Virus record (IMG/VR): IMGVR_UViG_3300044846_004119
Span: 32,001 to 96,000 of that record
Length of the DNA: 64,000 bases
Origin: a virus
Strand: one strand, 5' to 3'
Shown here: positions 37,328-47,722 of the stretch, piece by piece
How positions within the stretch are numbered: position 1 is the first letter of the stretch
Layout: each line of letters begins with the position of its first letter
Translations under genes and position numbers: made by a program
The notes under the pieces: generated by a model
Databases searched by the model: none
What the model saw: the letters and a program-made list of their open reading frames with translations, nothing else
Told to the model about the DNA's origin: nothing

Positions 37328-39760
37328 ATGATGTCATTAAAAATTAAAAAAAGAGGGGGCGATGAGGTGTCCTTTAATCCTCAGAAAATTTATCAGAGAG
37401 TTAAGAAAGCCGCTAAAGGGTTAAATGTTAATTCTGATGAAATTTTTATTAAAGTTATTACTTCGGTACCTACCGAGGGTAGTATAACAACAAAAGAGTT
37501 AGATAAGTTAGTGTACGAAATTGCGGCGGCATATACTGGTAGTCATCACGATTATTCAAGATTAGCTTCATCAGTTGCAATATCTTCATATCACAAAGAA
37601 ACTAATCATAGTTTTAGTGAAACAATGACAGAATTGTACAATAATGGTATTGTTAATGAGATATTAATGAAAACTATTGAAAAATATGGTTCAGAAAATA
37701 TTGATAAAATAATTAATCATGAGAATGATTATAATTTTGATTATTTTGCTTGGCGCTCATTACAAGAAATGTATTTGTTAAAGTTATCTAGTGGTAAGGT
37801 TATTGAAAGACCACAACACATGTATATGAGAGTTGCCTTATGGGTGACTAAAACATTTGAAGAGGCAGTTGAATATTACAATTCATTATCAAATCAATTG
37901 ATTTCACCAGCAACACCTATCATGATTAATGCGGGGACAAAGACACCTCAGTTAGCGTCATGTGTATTACATTACAATAATTCCGATTCCCGCAAAGGTT
38001 TATTAGGGACATTGAGTGACATTTCAACGTACTCCTCTGACGCGGCAGGTATCGGACTTTCAATGTCAAATATTAGAAGTAAAGAAAGTAGAATTTCAAG
38101 TTCAGGAGGATTTGCGGGTGGACTTTTAAAATATTTAAAAATAGTTAATGAGTCACTTAGATTCTTTAACCAACAAGGTCGTAGACCAGGTAGTGCTGCT
38201 ATCTATATTGAACCTTGGCATAAAGATATTATTGATTTATTAGAGATTAAGAAAAATACAGGTTCGGAAGAAATGAGAGCTCGTGATTTATTTACCGCAC
38301 TTTGGATTCCTGATAATTTCATGCGAGCGGTTGAAAATAATGATGATTGGTATTTATTCTGCCCTAACGACATTATCTCAAATAATATTAAACCATTACA
38401 AGAGTGTTATGGAAATGAGTACGAAGAAAATTATAAATTAGCTGTCAGTAAAGGTCTTGGTAAAAAAGTTAAGGCTCAAGATATTTGGAATAAAATTATT
38501 GAATCTCAGATTGAAACTGGAGTCCCTTATTTATGTTCTAAAGATAATGCGAATAAGAAAACAAATCACCAAAATATTGGTGTGATTAAACAATCTAATT
38601 TGTGTAACGAGATTTATCAATTTACTGATGAGAATACTACCGCAATTTGTACCTTGTCTTCTATGGTTTTAAAGAACTTTATTATTGACGGTAAATTTGA
38701 CTTTAGATTATTATACAGTGAGGTTAGAAAAGTTGTTAGAGCTTTAAATAAAGTTGTTGATATTAATAGCTACTCTACTGAAAAAGGACGTAAAGGTGGT
38801 CTTGAACAAAGAGCAATTGCGATTGGAACTCAAGGTCTTGCGGATGTCTTTTATCTAATGGATTATATTTTTACTTCTGAAGAAGCAAAGTCATTGAATA
38901 AAGATATTTTTGAAACTATCTATTATGCGGCTATCAGCGAAAGTAATGAATTATGTAGAACTGAAGAATACCAACCATACAAATTCTTTGAGGGGTCACC
39001 AATGTCTAAAGGAGAATTCCAATTTGATATGTGGGGATTAAAAAAAGAAGGTTTATCGGGTTATTGGGATTGGGACACGTTAAAAGAAGACGTTAAAAAA
39101 TATGGGGTATGTAACTCTTTATTTACGGCACAAATGCCTGTTGCGTCTTCAGCTAAAATCACTGGGTCTTTTGAAATGACAGAACCGGCTCACTCAGCTT
39201 TGTTTAATAGACGTGTTGTTGGTGGAGAAATTTTGATTGTAAATAAATATTTAATCAATGATTTTGAAAAAATTGGTATTTGGTCTGAGGATTTAAAAAA
39301 TGAAATAATTATGAATGAAGGTTCAGTTCAAGGGATTAACTTTAACCATTATTTAGACCCTGAAGACAAAAATTACAATAAAAAAGTTAAACGTATTGAA
39401 CATCTACTTCCTAAGTACAAAACTATATGGGAAATTTCCCAAAGAGATTTGATTGATATGGCTGCGGATAGAGGTCCTTTTATTGACCAATCACAATCAA
39501 TGAATATCTACATGTCAGCACCAACATTACCTAAAATTTCGTCGGCACATTTTCATGGATGGAGACAAGGATTAAAAACTCTTTGTTATTATGTTAGAAC
39601 TAAGGCGATTTCTACAGGAGCAAAACATTTAGCTATGGACATCTCTAAAGTTGAAAAACCAAAGATTGAAAAACAAATACCAAAATTGGATGTTATACCT
39701 TTTGACCCAACAATTAAACCAAAGGATTCAGAATTTGAATGTTTTGGATGTGGGTCTTAA
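37328..39760 (+). CDS. nrdA: Ribonucleotide reductase class Ia alpha subunit
   Basis: N-terminal ATP cone, QLASC, QSNLCNE, AICTLSS, QSQSMN, YYVRT, C-terminal CFGC. Confidence 0.97.
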   Translation: MMSLKIKKRGGDEVSFNPQKIYQRVKKAAKGLNVNSDEIFIKVITSVPTEGSITTKELDKLVYEIAAAYTGSHHDYSRLASSVAISSYHKETNHSFSETMTELYNNGIVNEILMKTIEKYGSENIDKIINHENDYNFDYFAWRSLQEMYLLKLSSGKVIERPQHMYMRVALWVTKTFEEAVEYYNSLSNQLISPATPIMINAGTKTPQLASCVLHYNNSDSRKGLLGTLSDISTYSSDAAGIGLSMSNIRSKESRISSSGGFAGGLLKYLKIVNESLRFFNQQGRRPGSAAIYIEPWHKDIIDLLEIKKNTGSEEMRARDLFTALWIPDNFMRAVENNDDWYLFCPNDIISNNIKPLQECYGNEYEENYKLAVSKGLGKKVKAQDIWNKIIESQIETGVPYLCSKDNANKKTNHQNIGVIKQSNLCNEIYQFTDENTTAICTLSSMVLKNFIIDGKFDFRLLYSEVRKVVRALNKVVDINSYSTEKGRKGGLEQRAIAIGTQGLADVFYLMDYIFTSEEAKSLNKDIFETIYYAAISESNELCRTEEYQPYKFFEGSPMSKGEFQFDMWGLKKEGLSGYWDWDTLKEDVKKYGVCNSLFTAQMPVASSAKITGSFEMTEPAHSALFNRRVVGGEILIVNKYLINDFEKIGIWSEDLKNEIIMNEGSVQGINFNHYLDPEDKNYNKKVKRIEHLLPKYKTIWEISQRDLIDMAADRGPFIDQSQSMNIYMSAPTLPKISSAHFHGWRQGLKTLCYYVRTKAISTGAKHLAMDISKVEKPKIEKQIPKLDVIPFDPTIKPKDSEFECFGCGS

Positions 39761-39784
39761 TATAAAATAGAAAATTACAACATT

Positions 39785-39811
39785 AATCACGGCAAACTGT
39801 CGTGATTTTTT
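39785..39811 (+). terminator. Rho-independent terminator after nrdA
   Basis: AATCACGGC-AAACT-GTCGTGATT followed by Ts. Confidence 0.75.
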
Positions 39812-39820
39812 ATTTTACTC

Positions 39821-39854
39821 TATTTATAAGAAATAATCACGACACTATATTTAT
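39821..39854 (+). promoter_or_regulatory. Two tandem TATTTAT motifs before the baseplate wedge operon
   Basis: 39821-39827 and 39848-39854; the second ends 4 nt before ATG 39859. Confidence 0.6.
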
Positions 39855-39858
39855 TGAT

Positions 39859-40317
39859 ATGGCAAATGGAACTACATATGGGATTAATTTTCCTTTTAGA
39901 GATTCTTATGATGGTAAGTATTTAGACCTTTCTGAGGTAAATGATGAAGAAATCAGAACTGATTTAATTCATCTTTTATTGACTAGAAAAGGTACTCGAT
40001 ATTATTTACCTGATTTTGGTACAAGACTATATGAGTTTATATTTGAACCTTTAGATGGACCTACGTTTTCAGAAATTGAAGCGGAGATTAGAGCCTCTGT
40101 TGAAGAGTATATTCCAGGAATAACAATTACTAAGATTGACATAAGTGCGGCTTCCGAAGGGGAGGAAAATAAAGGTACTTATATAAACGACAACGACGAA
40201 AGAGTTTACCGAGTTTCTGATATTGGAACTTTAGAACATACTGCAAGAGTTAAAATTGATTACATCATTACTAATGATGCTTTTAACAATTCAGATTTTG
40301 TAATTATAAATATTTAA
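39859..40317 (+). CDS. gp25: Baseplate wedge protein, gp25-like
   Basis: IRTDLIHLLLTRKGTRYYLPDFGTRLYEFIFEP. ATG 39859 preferred; track GTG 39802 lies inside the terminator. Confidence 0.92.
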   Translation: MANGTTYGINFPFRDSYDGKYLDLSEVNDEEIRTDLIHLLLTRKGTRYYLPDFGTRLYEFIFEPLDGPTFSEIEAEIRASVEEYIPGITITKIDISAASEGEENKGTYINDNDERVYRVSDIGTLEHTARVKIDYIITNDAFNNSDFVIINI

Positions 40318-40323
40318 TGATAT

Positions 40324-42162
40324 ATGGCTAACAAGAAAATATCATACACAACTAGAGACTTCCAATCAATTAGAACTGAGTTAATAAATTTTACAAGAAC
40401 TTATTATCCTGACACTATTGATAACTTTAACGACGCCTCAGTTTTTTCAGTATTGTTGGACTTAAACGCAGCTGTAACTGACAACTTACAATTTAACATT
40501 GATAGAAGTGTTCAGGAAACTGTATTACAATATGCACAACAAAGGTCATCAATTTTTAATATTGCAAGAACTTACGGATTAAAAGTTCCTGGACTTAGAC
40601 CGTCAGTCTCATTAGTTGACTTTTCAATTACGGTACCCGCATTTGGGGATAAGGAAGATTTAAGATACTGTGGTATCTTAAGAAGAGGTTCCCAAGCTAA
40701 TGGTGCTGGTCAAGTTTTTGAAACAATTTACGATATTGACTTTACATCAGCAATAAACGCCGAAGGTTATCCTAATAGATTAAAAATACCTAATTTTGAT
40801 TCTAATAATAAATTAATTAATTATACCATTGTTAAAAGAGAAACTGTTGTTAATGGTATTACAAAAGTTTTTAAAAGAGTTATAACATCGTCTGATGTTA
40901 AACCATTTTTAGAAATATTTTTACCTGAAAAAAATGTATTAGGGGTTACAAGTGTTTTATTAAAAGATGGTACGCAATACGCTAATATTCCTACTACCCA
41001 AGAATTTTTAGGTTCCAACAATAGATGGTATGAAGTTAAAGCGTTAGTTGAAGATAGAGTATTTATTGAAGACCCAACAAAAGTTTCTGATAATCCGGGA
41101 ATTAAAGTGGGTAAGTACGTCCAAACAAATGATAAATTTATTACTGAGTACACACCTGAAGGATTTTTTAAAATGACATATGGTGGTGGTAGTCAATCTG
41201 CGGATGAACAATTAAGGGAGTTTGCAAAAAATGGGTTCACATTAGATTTAAATAAATATTCAAATAACTTTGCTTTAGGTAGTGTTCTTAAAGCTAATAG
41301 TACATTATTTGTACAATACCGAGTTGGTGGTGGAACAGGAACTAATTTAGGTGTTAATATTATTAATCAAATAGGCACAGTTTCATTCTTTGTTAATGGT
41401 CCATCAGAATCAGTTAATACAAGTGTTGTTAATTCATTACGTTGTACTAACGTTGTTGCCGCAATTGGTGGGGCAAATTACCCAACAACAGAAGAAGTTA
41501 GAAACTTAGTGGCTTTTAACTTTGCGGCTCAAAATAGAGCAGTAACGGTTAATGACTACGATTCTATAATTAGAACAATGCCGTCACAATTTGGGGCACC
41601 TGCTAAAGTTGCGATTACCGAAGAAAATAATAAAATTAAAATTCAGATGTTATCTTATGACGAATCTGGTAATTTAACTGAAATTGTGTCAAACACATTA
41701 AAAAATAACGTTGCTAACTACCTATCAAACTATAGAATGATTAATGATTACATTTCTATTCAAAGTGCTAATGTTGTTGATTTAGGTGTTACTATTGATG
41801 TGGTGTTAGATAATAGTCAAAACCAAGGGGCGGTTATTTCTCAAATAATTACTATTGTATCTGAGTTCTTTAGTCCTGGTAACAGACAGATGGGGGAAAA
41901 TGTGTATGTGTCCGACCTTAGAAGATTAGTCCAAAGTGAAAACGGGGTTATTGCGGTTTCAGATATGTTATTCTTTAACAAGGTTGGTGGTCAATATTCT
42001 TCATCACAAACATCACAATCTTATATAGACACTAATACGAAACAGATTGGTTTAGTTGACGATACTATTTTTGCTGAACCAAGTCAGACCTATCAAATCC
42101 GATATCCCAACAAAGATATCAACATCAGAGTCAAAAATCTAAAAACGGTTAATTTTTCTTGA
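40324..42162 (+). CDS. gp6: Baseplate wedge protein, T4 gp6 / baseplate J-like
   Basis: YTTRDFQSIR, SSIFNIARTYG, YRVGGGTGTN, AQNRAVTVNDY. Confidence 0.9.
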   Translation: MANKKISYTTRDFQSIRTELINFTRTYYPDTIDNFNDASVFSVLLDLNAAVTDNLQFNIDRSVQETVLQYAQQRSSIFNIARTYGLKVPGLRPSVSLVDFSITVPAFGDKEDLRYCGILRRGSQANGAGQVFETIYDIDFTSAINAEGYPNRLKIPNFDSNNKLINYTIVKRETVVNGITKVFKRVITSSDVKPFLEIFLPEKNVLGVTSVLLKDGTQYANIPTTQEFLGSNNRWYEVKALVEDRVFIEDPTKVSDNPGIKVGKYVQTNDKFITEYTPEGFFKMTYGGGSQSADEQLREFAKNGFTLDLNKYSNNFALGSVLKANSTLFVQYRVGGGTGTNLGVNIINQIGTVSFFVNGPSESVNTSVVNSLRCTNVVAAIGGANYPTTEEVRNLVAFNFAAQNRAVTVNDYDSIIRTMPSQFGAPAKVAITEENNKIKIQMLSYDESGNLTEIVSNTLKNNVANYLSNYRMINDYISIQSANVVDLGVTIDVVLDNSQNQGAVISQIITIVSEFFSPGNRQMGENVYVSDLRRLVQSENGVIAVSDMLFFNKVGGQYSSSQTSQSYIDTNTKQIGLVDDTIFAEPSQTYQIRYPNKDINIRVKNLKTVNFS

Positions 42163-42212
42163 TAATTTATTTTCAAAATAAATGAATTATCATTTGAAAA
42201 TAGTATATAAAC

Positions 42213-42219
42213 TATTTAT
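42213..42219 (+). promoter_or_regulatory. TATTTAT late-type promoter motif
   Basis: 15 nt before ATG 42235; preceded by a TATTTTCAAA/TTTGAAAATA inverted repeat (42168-42202). Confidence 0.6.
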
Positions 42220-42234
42220 CAAAAAAAGACCAAT

Positions 42235-45200
42235 ATGTCCAACTCGTATAGAATAAGAACCAAACCTGGTGTTGATAGCTCAATTAAGATTTTAATTGAC
42301 CAAGAGTTTGAATATTTAGAGATTCTTTCTCTAAAAATATTACAAAGCCAAATTTACACAAGACAGTGTTCCGACTATGGAGTTATTGTTGGTAGAGTTA
42401 GTATTAATAATGGTTTTGGTATTCCTAACGCAAAAGTATCTGTTTTCATACCTTTGGACAGTATGGACGAAAACGACCCTGTTATTTCTGAGTTATATCC
42501 TTACAAAACTTTATCAGATTTAAATGAAGATGGGTATAGATATAATTTATTACCTTATAAACAACAACATCCAGGTCATAATCCTACGGGGACCTTCTTT
42601 ACAAGAGAAGATGTGTTAATCAACCCAACTCTTATTGAAGTTTACGACAAGTACTATAAGTATAATGCGATAACTAATGACAGTGGGGATTATATGATAT
42701 TTGGGGTACCTGTAGGGGCTCAAACGGTTGTTGTTGACCTTGACCTTTCAGATATTGGTGAGTTCTCTTTAGCACCACAAGATTTAATTAGAATGGGGAT
42801 TACTACAGAATCACAAGTTTCTGGGACAAACTTTAAATCATCTACAAATTTACGAGAATTACCTCAAATCATTACTTTCGTTAGAAACCTTGAAGTTGAA
42901 CCATTATGGGGTCAACCTGAAATTTGTAATTTAGGTATTACAAGAACTGATTTTGATTTATCCGCAGAATTTAATATTAACATTACACCTACCGCGATTT
43001 TTATGGGTTCTTTAGTATCATCTATAGAAGAACAGTATGTTAAGAAGAGTTGTAAACCAACCTTAACCTCAGGGGCGCTTTGTTCTTTAGTTGCGGGGCC
43101 TGGTGAGATATTAGCAATTAGACACACAATTGCTCAAGATTCTAACGGACGACCTATATTAGAAACAATTGATTTGGAATCAGGGGGACAAGTTATTGAT
43201 GAAAATGGTACTTGGCTTGTGGATTTGCCGATGAACTTGGATTATGTTATCACTAATGAGTTTGGTGAACAAGTTATTTCAGACAACCCAAAAAATGGTA
43301 TCCCAACAAAAGGTAGGTATCGATTTAAAGTTAAATGGAACCAATCACCATCAGTTTCTGCTGACCCTATTAAAAGGGGGTATTTTTTAGTTCCAAATAT
43401 TAAAGAGTACGGGTGGAAAAAAATTGGAAATATTAACGTAGACCCACTTACTAATAATACCGCAACTGCCTTAAATCGAGACGCGGCACAAAGGTCATAC
43501 GCGTTCAGTTTAGATTGGGCGGATTATGGATTAACGGGGACATCCATGGGTAATCAGATGATTGATGAGGCGATTAGGTGTGAAGATAAATTTTACGAGT
43601 TTCAATACAATAAGGTTTATACTGTATCACAATTAATTACTCAATATAGAAATGGGTATGGTAACTGGAGAATTATTGCGATAAAAGATATTTTAGATAG
43701 TGATGTTAAATGTTCTAGCGACAATAATAAGTTTCCAACAAATGATGCGGTATATAGATTTGATTTAATTTATCTCCTATTTACGATAATGATGTTTGTT
43801 TTTAGACCGATATTATATGTGTTATTACTAATAGTACACATTTTAGCTTTTTTTTTAATGCTTATTGGCCCTATATTAGCAATCATCGCGATAGTTGTCT
43901 ATCTTGTTGTTATTACTATCTGTACATTTATTAATGGGGTGATATGGGTGATTAACGGAATTCCTTTTGTTAGTCTTGATTACTTGGATTGTCCTGATGT
44001 TAAGGATATTAAGGAAACGGTTAACCTCCTGTTAAATTTATATAAAAAATTTACTAATTTAAGACTCCCTAATTTATCATATCCCGACTGTGAATTCTGT
44101 CAATGTACTGATGGAGACGCAATCGTAATTGACAATGCTGATTATCCAGATGCGGTAGCTAATGTTGCACAAACCGCTCAAGAAGCTGGTGCTAATGCGG
44201 TTTTAAGTCCCTTTGAACTTTCAACAAGTTATAACGCGGCCTCACCATATAATACGGATAACCTTGTTTATGAGCAGTTATTTGCGGGGACATCATTAGG
44301 TAATGCTAACCAAGCAAATAATCCATTAACACCTCAAACACGTGCACCAAAACTTATACCAGTGTCGGGTGGCGTGAGTAATCAAGGTAATGATTATGAG
44401 TTTACAACAAGTTTAACTCAAGCGGAAAGATTAAATTTATTTAATACTAAAGCAAAGTTTTTCAGAAACGACATTAATAATAATCCTGGTGGTGGTGTTA
44501 ATATAATTAACGTTTCATTTAATCCTAACGATATTGGTGTTACTCACCAAGATAATGTTATCGTACTTATGGTAGACCCTAGCGCGGCGGAAACTTTTCT
44601 ACCTGGTAATTTAATAACTTTTCAAGACCCTGCAAACTCTACTGACCCTAATATGACAGGGTTTACGTCTATTAATGATTATGGTACTACGAGTAGTACA
44701 GGTACTACGGTTAATAATAAACCAGGTAGTACTTCAAATGTTGGTAATATTACAGTCCAATATGCCGATTATACAAACGGTAATGGTCCTGCATTGACTA
44801 AAACATATACTAGTCAACAAGCTGATAATGATGCGCAGTACGCAAAATTCCCAATGGATGTTGAGTATTTCCAAGTAATTACCGCACAGACTTATTCCGA
44901 CTATTTTACAATATGTAACCAACCAGGAAGTTTTGGTGCTTATCATGGTTTAATAAATAGATTTATTAATAACCATATGAAATTCAATAGAATTTATGGT
45001 AAATCTTTTGGGTCAGGATTTTGGATAAATGAGTTAAATATTAATTATCCCGGCGCATTTCCACTAATAAAACCTAGTCTTTATTTCCCTGAATTTAATG
45101 AACAAATTGTTGTTTTTTTAGTTAGAGGGGTTGACCCGTATTCTACAAGAAGTAATTGTGAATACGACCTCAGTGTTTTGTATGGTGATGTTGTGACAGC

Positions 45201-47721
45201 TTCTTCAATTTCTAATACATGGGGTTTTACTAACAGAGTAAAAGTTACTAGTGGTGTTGGTGGGGCGCCTAAATATCATTTAAATCAACCAATTAAACCT
45301 GGTTTTAAAAATATTAGACATAATTTAACAAATAATTTTGATACCGATACTTATAGTGGTCAAAAATTATATTTTGATTCCTTCCATTATCAACCGAGTC
45401 CGACTGGCCCCGCGGCTTTTAGTGGATTTAATTCTAATTTACAAACTTACTATTCTTCATTAGATAATGGTAGTATGTCGTTCACACCTCAAGTTGGTAC
45501 TCCTAGTTTAGAGACTGGTTTTAATTCTGACACAACTTACGGTGTTAATGTTGATGGTAACATTAATTACTTTGCTAGAGAATTTAATTCACAACCAGGT
45601 TTAATTGACCCAAATACAAATAACTACCTCGCTCCCATAAACCCTTATAATGTTCCAAACACTAATTTTCCCAACACTGTAAGTCGTGGATATTACGATA
45701 ATGAAATTATTGAAGGAGGGTCTGGAATGTATTGTCAAACTTTTGTAAGAGCACTTAGCGTAGCGGCAAGTATAGGTGGAACCTACGACTATAAATCATA
45801 TTATTATGCACCAAAATACCCTATTGCTAACATGTCATATAATTTGGGTGGTAGTCGAAAAATAATAATGAGGTCAGATAGATTACCTACATCTACTACA
45901 TTACAAAACAATTTAAATAATAGTTTTGCATTACATAACAATGTTAATTTCTCAGTATATTCAATTAGTGATGATGGTACTTCAGTGCAAGCTCAAGGTG
46001 TTGGTGGCGGCCAATCGGGAAGTATAACGGGTAATACTGCGGACTCATTAAGTGATGGTGAGACGGAACCTCAAATTATTAGTTCAGTTATTGACTCATT
46101 CAACTGTGGGGCGATGATTAATTTAGACTGTTATAAAGAGGTTAATGGAGAGTTAGTTGTTGATTATACAGGGCCTTGTGGGTATACCTTTTGGAACAAG
46201 AAACTGGTGACAAAGGGATGTTATACTTTTATAACTACAATTTTTTTATCATTAGTCTCAGACTTTAAATTATTAACCGAGTGGGTTAGTCGTTTATTAA
46301 TAACATTTGCCGCATGTCGAAACGTGTGGGGACATCTGTTCACAAATAATTGGATTAATGGTACTTTATACGCATTTAATTTTAATAATGATGTCACATT
46401 TACATCTCCATTATCACCAAATCCAAATCAAGCAAGATATTCTTATTGTGATGATGTGGTTATATTACATAATAATACTAACAATTTTTATTATAGAAGT
46501 AGCCCATGGGACCGAATTGAGTTTATTGGACAAAATAGAGCAACACCAAATACTTTTACTTCGGCATTATTTGGGGGGTATGGTGGAAATATGTATAATT
46601 TATTATACCCAACGACCATTATGGATTTAGGTCCAAGAAATGATTATTTACAAGATATTGTAATGTCAGATAAATATGATGGATATGTTGCTAATAAATT
46701 AAAATCAACTACTTTCTCAGATGTTACTGAATTATTAAATTTGTTCGTAATTACTAGGTTGGCTAATTCAAGTTTCTTACAACTATTAATTGGTGGAGGA
46801 AATGTGTTCTCATATTTTAGTAGAGTTAAAAATATGGTTGATGGGGATTACGCTCAGTCGATTTCAATTAATTCAGAACTTGGAGTTGCACCATTTCAAT
46901 CGGCAAATTACCCCGACAGACCTGGACAAGATTCTATTTATATTAATACGCTTTCAGATGATGACCAAGTATTTGGAATATTCTATCAATCAGATACAAG
47001 ACTAAGAGATTTAATTAGCCCAAAAAGGACAATTATTGACGATACTGTTCCGGCAACTAATGTGTGCGCGTTTAGTAATATTGAAGTTTCTTCCCAAGAC
47101 GTTCCATTTTATCAATGGGAAGTTAGGACAAATAAAGTTGGTTCAAACGATAGTATTTTTGGTAGTCAAGTTAATGGGTGGATGACTGACCCGTTATCTA
47201 CAACTAGTTTCTTTACTAAGAAATATCAAAGTTTAGATAGAATAGAATCAGCGTCAAGATATTTTAGAACTAATTCTACCGCAATGACTAAGTACTTTAA
47301 GGGTTATCTATATAGTGTTGAACCAAAGACCGTTACAGGTGTTTGTAGTATTTTTGGTAATGTTTTAACAATTTATTCTCCCATTCCACAACTTTTACAA
47401 GAAGGGTTTGTATTAAGTGCCGCAGGGATTATTCCAAATACTACGATAATAAGTCAATTAACTGTAGCATTACCAAGTACTGTTGCGGGTGGTTCAGGTA
47501 CTTATCTTATTGATACTCCGCAAAATTTTGTTGGAGGGCCATTTACCGCAGTAGGGTTTATATATAGTGCGGATATTATCACTCAAGACCAAAACACCCC
47601 TAAAGGTAGAGTAATAAACACAGGAGCTCCTTTCTATTTCTATTTTGGTTTGAAGAGAGGTGGTACCGCATTTGATAGATTTGTGATTAAATGGGTCGAT
47701 ACTAATGATATAACTGCGTAA
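42235..47721 (+). CDS. Giant virion-associated protein with internal hydrophobic (transmembrane-like) segment
   Basis: 1828 aa; N-terminal carboxypeptidase-regulatory-like beta sandwich (GVIVGRV..GIPNAKVSV..TNDSGDYMIFGVPVG); ~70 aa hydrophobic run at 43765-43975. Confidence 0.6.
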   Translation: MSNSYRIRTKPGVDSSIKILIDQEFEYLEILSLKILQSQIYTRQCSDYGVIVGRVSINNGFGIPNAKVSVFIPLDSMDENDPVISELYPYKTLSDLNEDGYRYNLLPYKQQHPGHNPTGTFFTREDVLINPTLIEVYDKYYKYNAITNDSGDYMIFGVPVGAQTVVVDLDLSDIGEFSLAPQDLIRMGITTESQVSGTNFKSSTNLRELPQIITFVRNLEVEPLWGQPEICNLGITRTDFDLSAEFNINITPTAIFMGSLVSSIEEQYVKKSCKPTLTSGALCSLVAGPGEILAIRHTIAQDSNGRPILETIDLESGGQVIDENGTWLVDLPMNLDYVITNEFGEQVISDNPKNGIPTKGRYRFKVKWNQSPSVSADPIKRGYFLVPNIKEYGWKKIGNINVDPLTNNTATALNRDAAQRSYAFSLDWADYGLTGTSMGNQMIDEAIRCEDKFYEFQYNKVYTVSQLITQYRNGYGNWRIIAIKDILDSDVKCSSDNNKFPTNDAVYRFDLIYLLFTIMMFVFRPILYVLLLIVHILAFFLMLIGPILAIIAIVVYLVVITICTFINGVIWVINGIPFVSLDYLDCPDVKDIKETVNLLLNLYKKFTNLRLPNLSYPDCEFCQCTDGDAIVIDNADYPDAVANVAQTAQEAGANAVLSPFELSTSYNAASPYNTDNLVYEQLFAGTSLGNANQANNPLTPQTRAPKLIPVSGGVSNQGNDYEFTTSLTQAERLNLFNTKAKFFRNDINNNPGGGVNIINVSFNPNDIGVTHQDNVIVLMVDPSAAETFLPGNLITFQDPANSTDPNMTGFTSINDYGTTSSTGTTVNNKPGSTSNVGNITVQYADYTNGNGPALTKTYTSQQADNDAQYAKFPMDVEYFQVITAQTYSDYFTICNQPGSFGAYHGLINRFINNHMKFNRIYGKSFGSGFWINELNINYPGAFPLIKPSLYFPEFNEQIVVFLVRGVDPYSTRSNCEYDLSVLYGDVVTASSISNTWGFTNRVKVTSGVGGAPKYHLNQPIKPGFKNIRHNLTNNFDTDTYSGQKLYFDSFHYQPSPTGPAAFSGFNSNLQTYYSSLDNGSMSFTPQVGTPSLETGFNSDTTYGVNVDGNINYFAREFNSQPGLIDPNTNNYLAPINPYNVPNTNFPNTVSRGYYDNEIIEGGSGMYCQTFVRALSVAASIGGTYDYKSYYYAPKYPIANMSYNLGGSRKIIMRSDRLPTSTTLQNNLNNSFALHNNVNFSVYSISDDGTSVQAQGVGGGQSGSITGNTADSLSDGETEPQIISSVIDSFNCGAMINLDCYKEVNGELVVDYTGPCGYTFWNKKLVTKGCYTFITTIFLSLVSDFKLLTEWVSRLLITFAACRNVWGHLFTNNWINGTLYAFNFNNDVTFTSPLSPNPNQARYSYCDDVVILHNNTNNFYYRSSPWDRIEFIGQNRATPNTFTSALFGGYGGNMYNLLYPTTIMDLGPRNDYLQDIVMSDKYDGYVANKLKSTTFSDVTELLNLFVITRLANSSFLQLLIGGGNVFSYFSRVKNMVDGDYAQSISINSELGVAPFQSANYPDRPGQDSIYINTLSDDDQVFGIFYQSDTRLRDLISPKRTIIDDTVPATNVCAFSNIEVSSQDVPFYQWEVRTNKVGSNDSIFGSQVNGWMTDPLSTTSFFTKKYQSLDRIESASRYFRTNSTAMTKYFKGYLYSVEPKTVTGVCSIFGNVLTIYSPIPQLLQEGFVLSAAGIIPNTTIISQLTVALPSTVAGGSGTYLIDTPQNFVGGPFTAVGFIYSADIITQDQNTPKGRVINTGAPFYFYFGLKRGGTAFDRFVIKWVDTNDITA

Positions 47722-47722
47722 T

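Noticed and set aside
200-39760. Inteins or introns in polymerase, helicases or nrdA/nrdB
   Set aside because: All catalytic motifs are contiguous at normal spacing and lengths are typical.
40305-40312. T4-type late promoter TATAAATA before gp6
   Set aside because: Single instance inside the end of the gp25 coding region in very AT-rich sequence; the recurring motif here has the opposite orientation.
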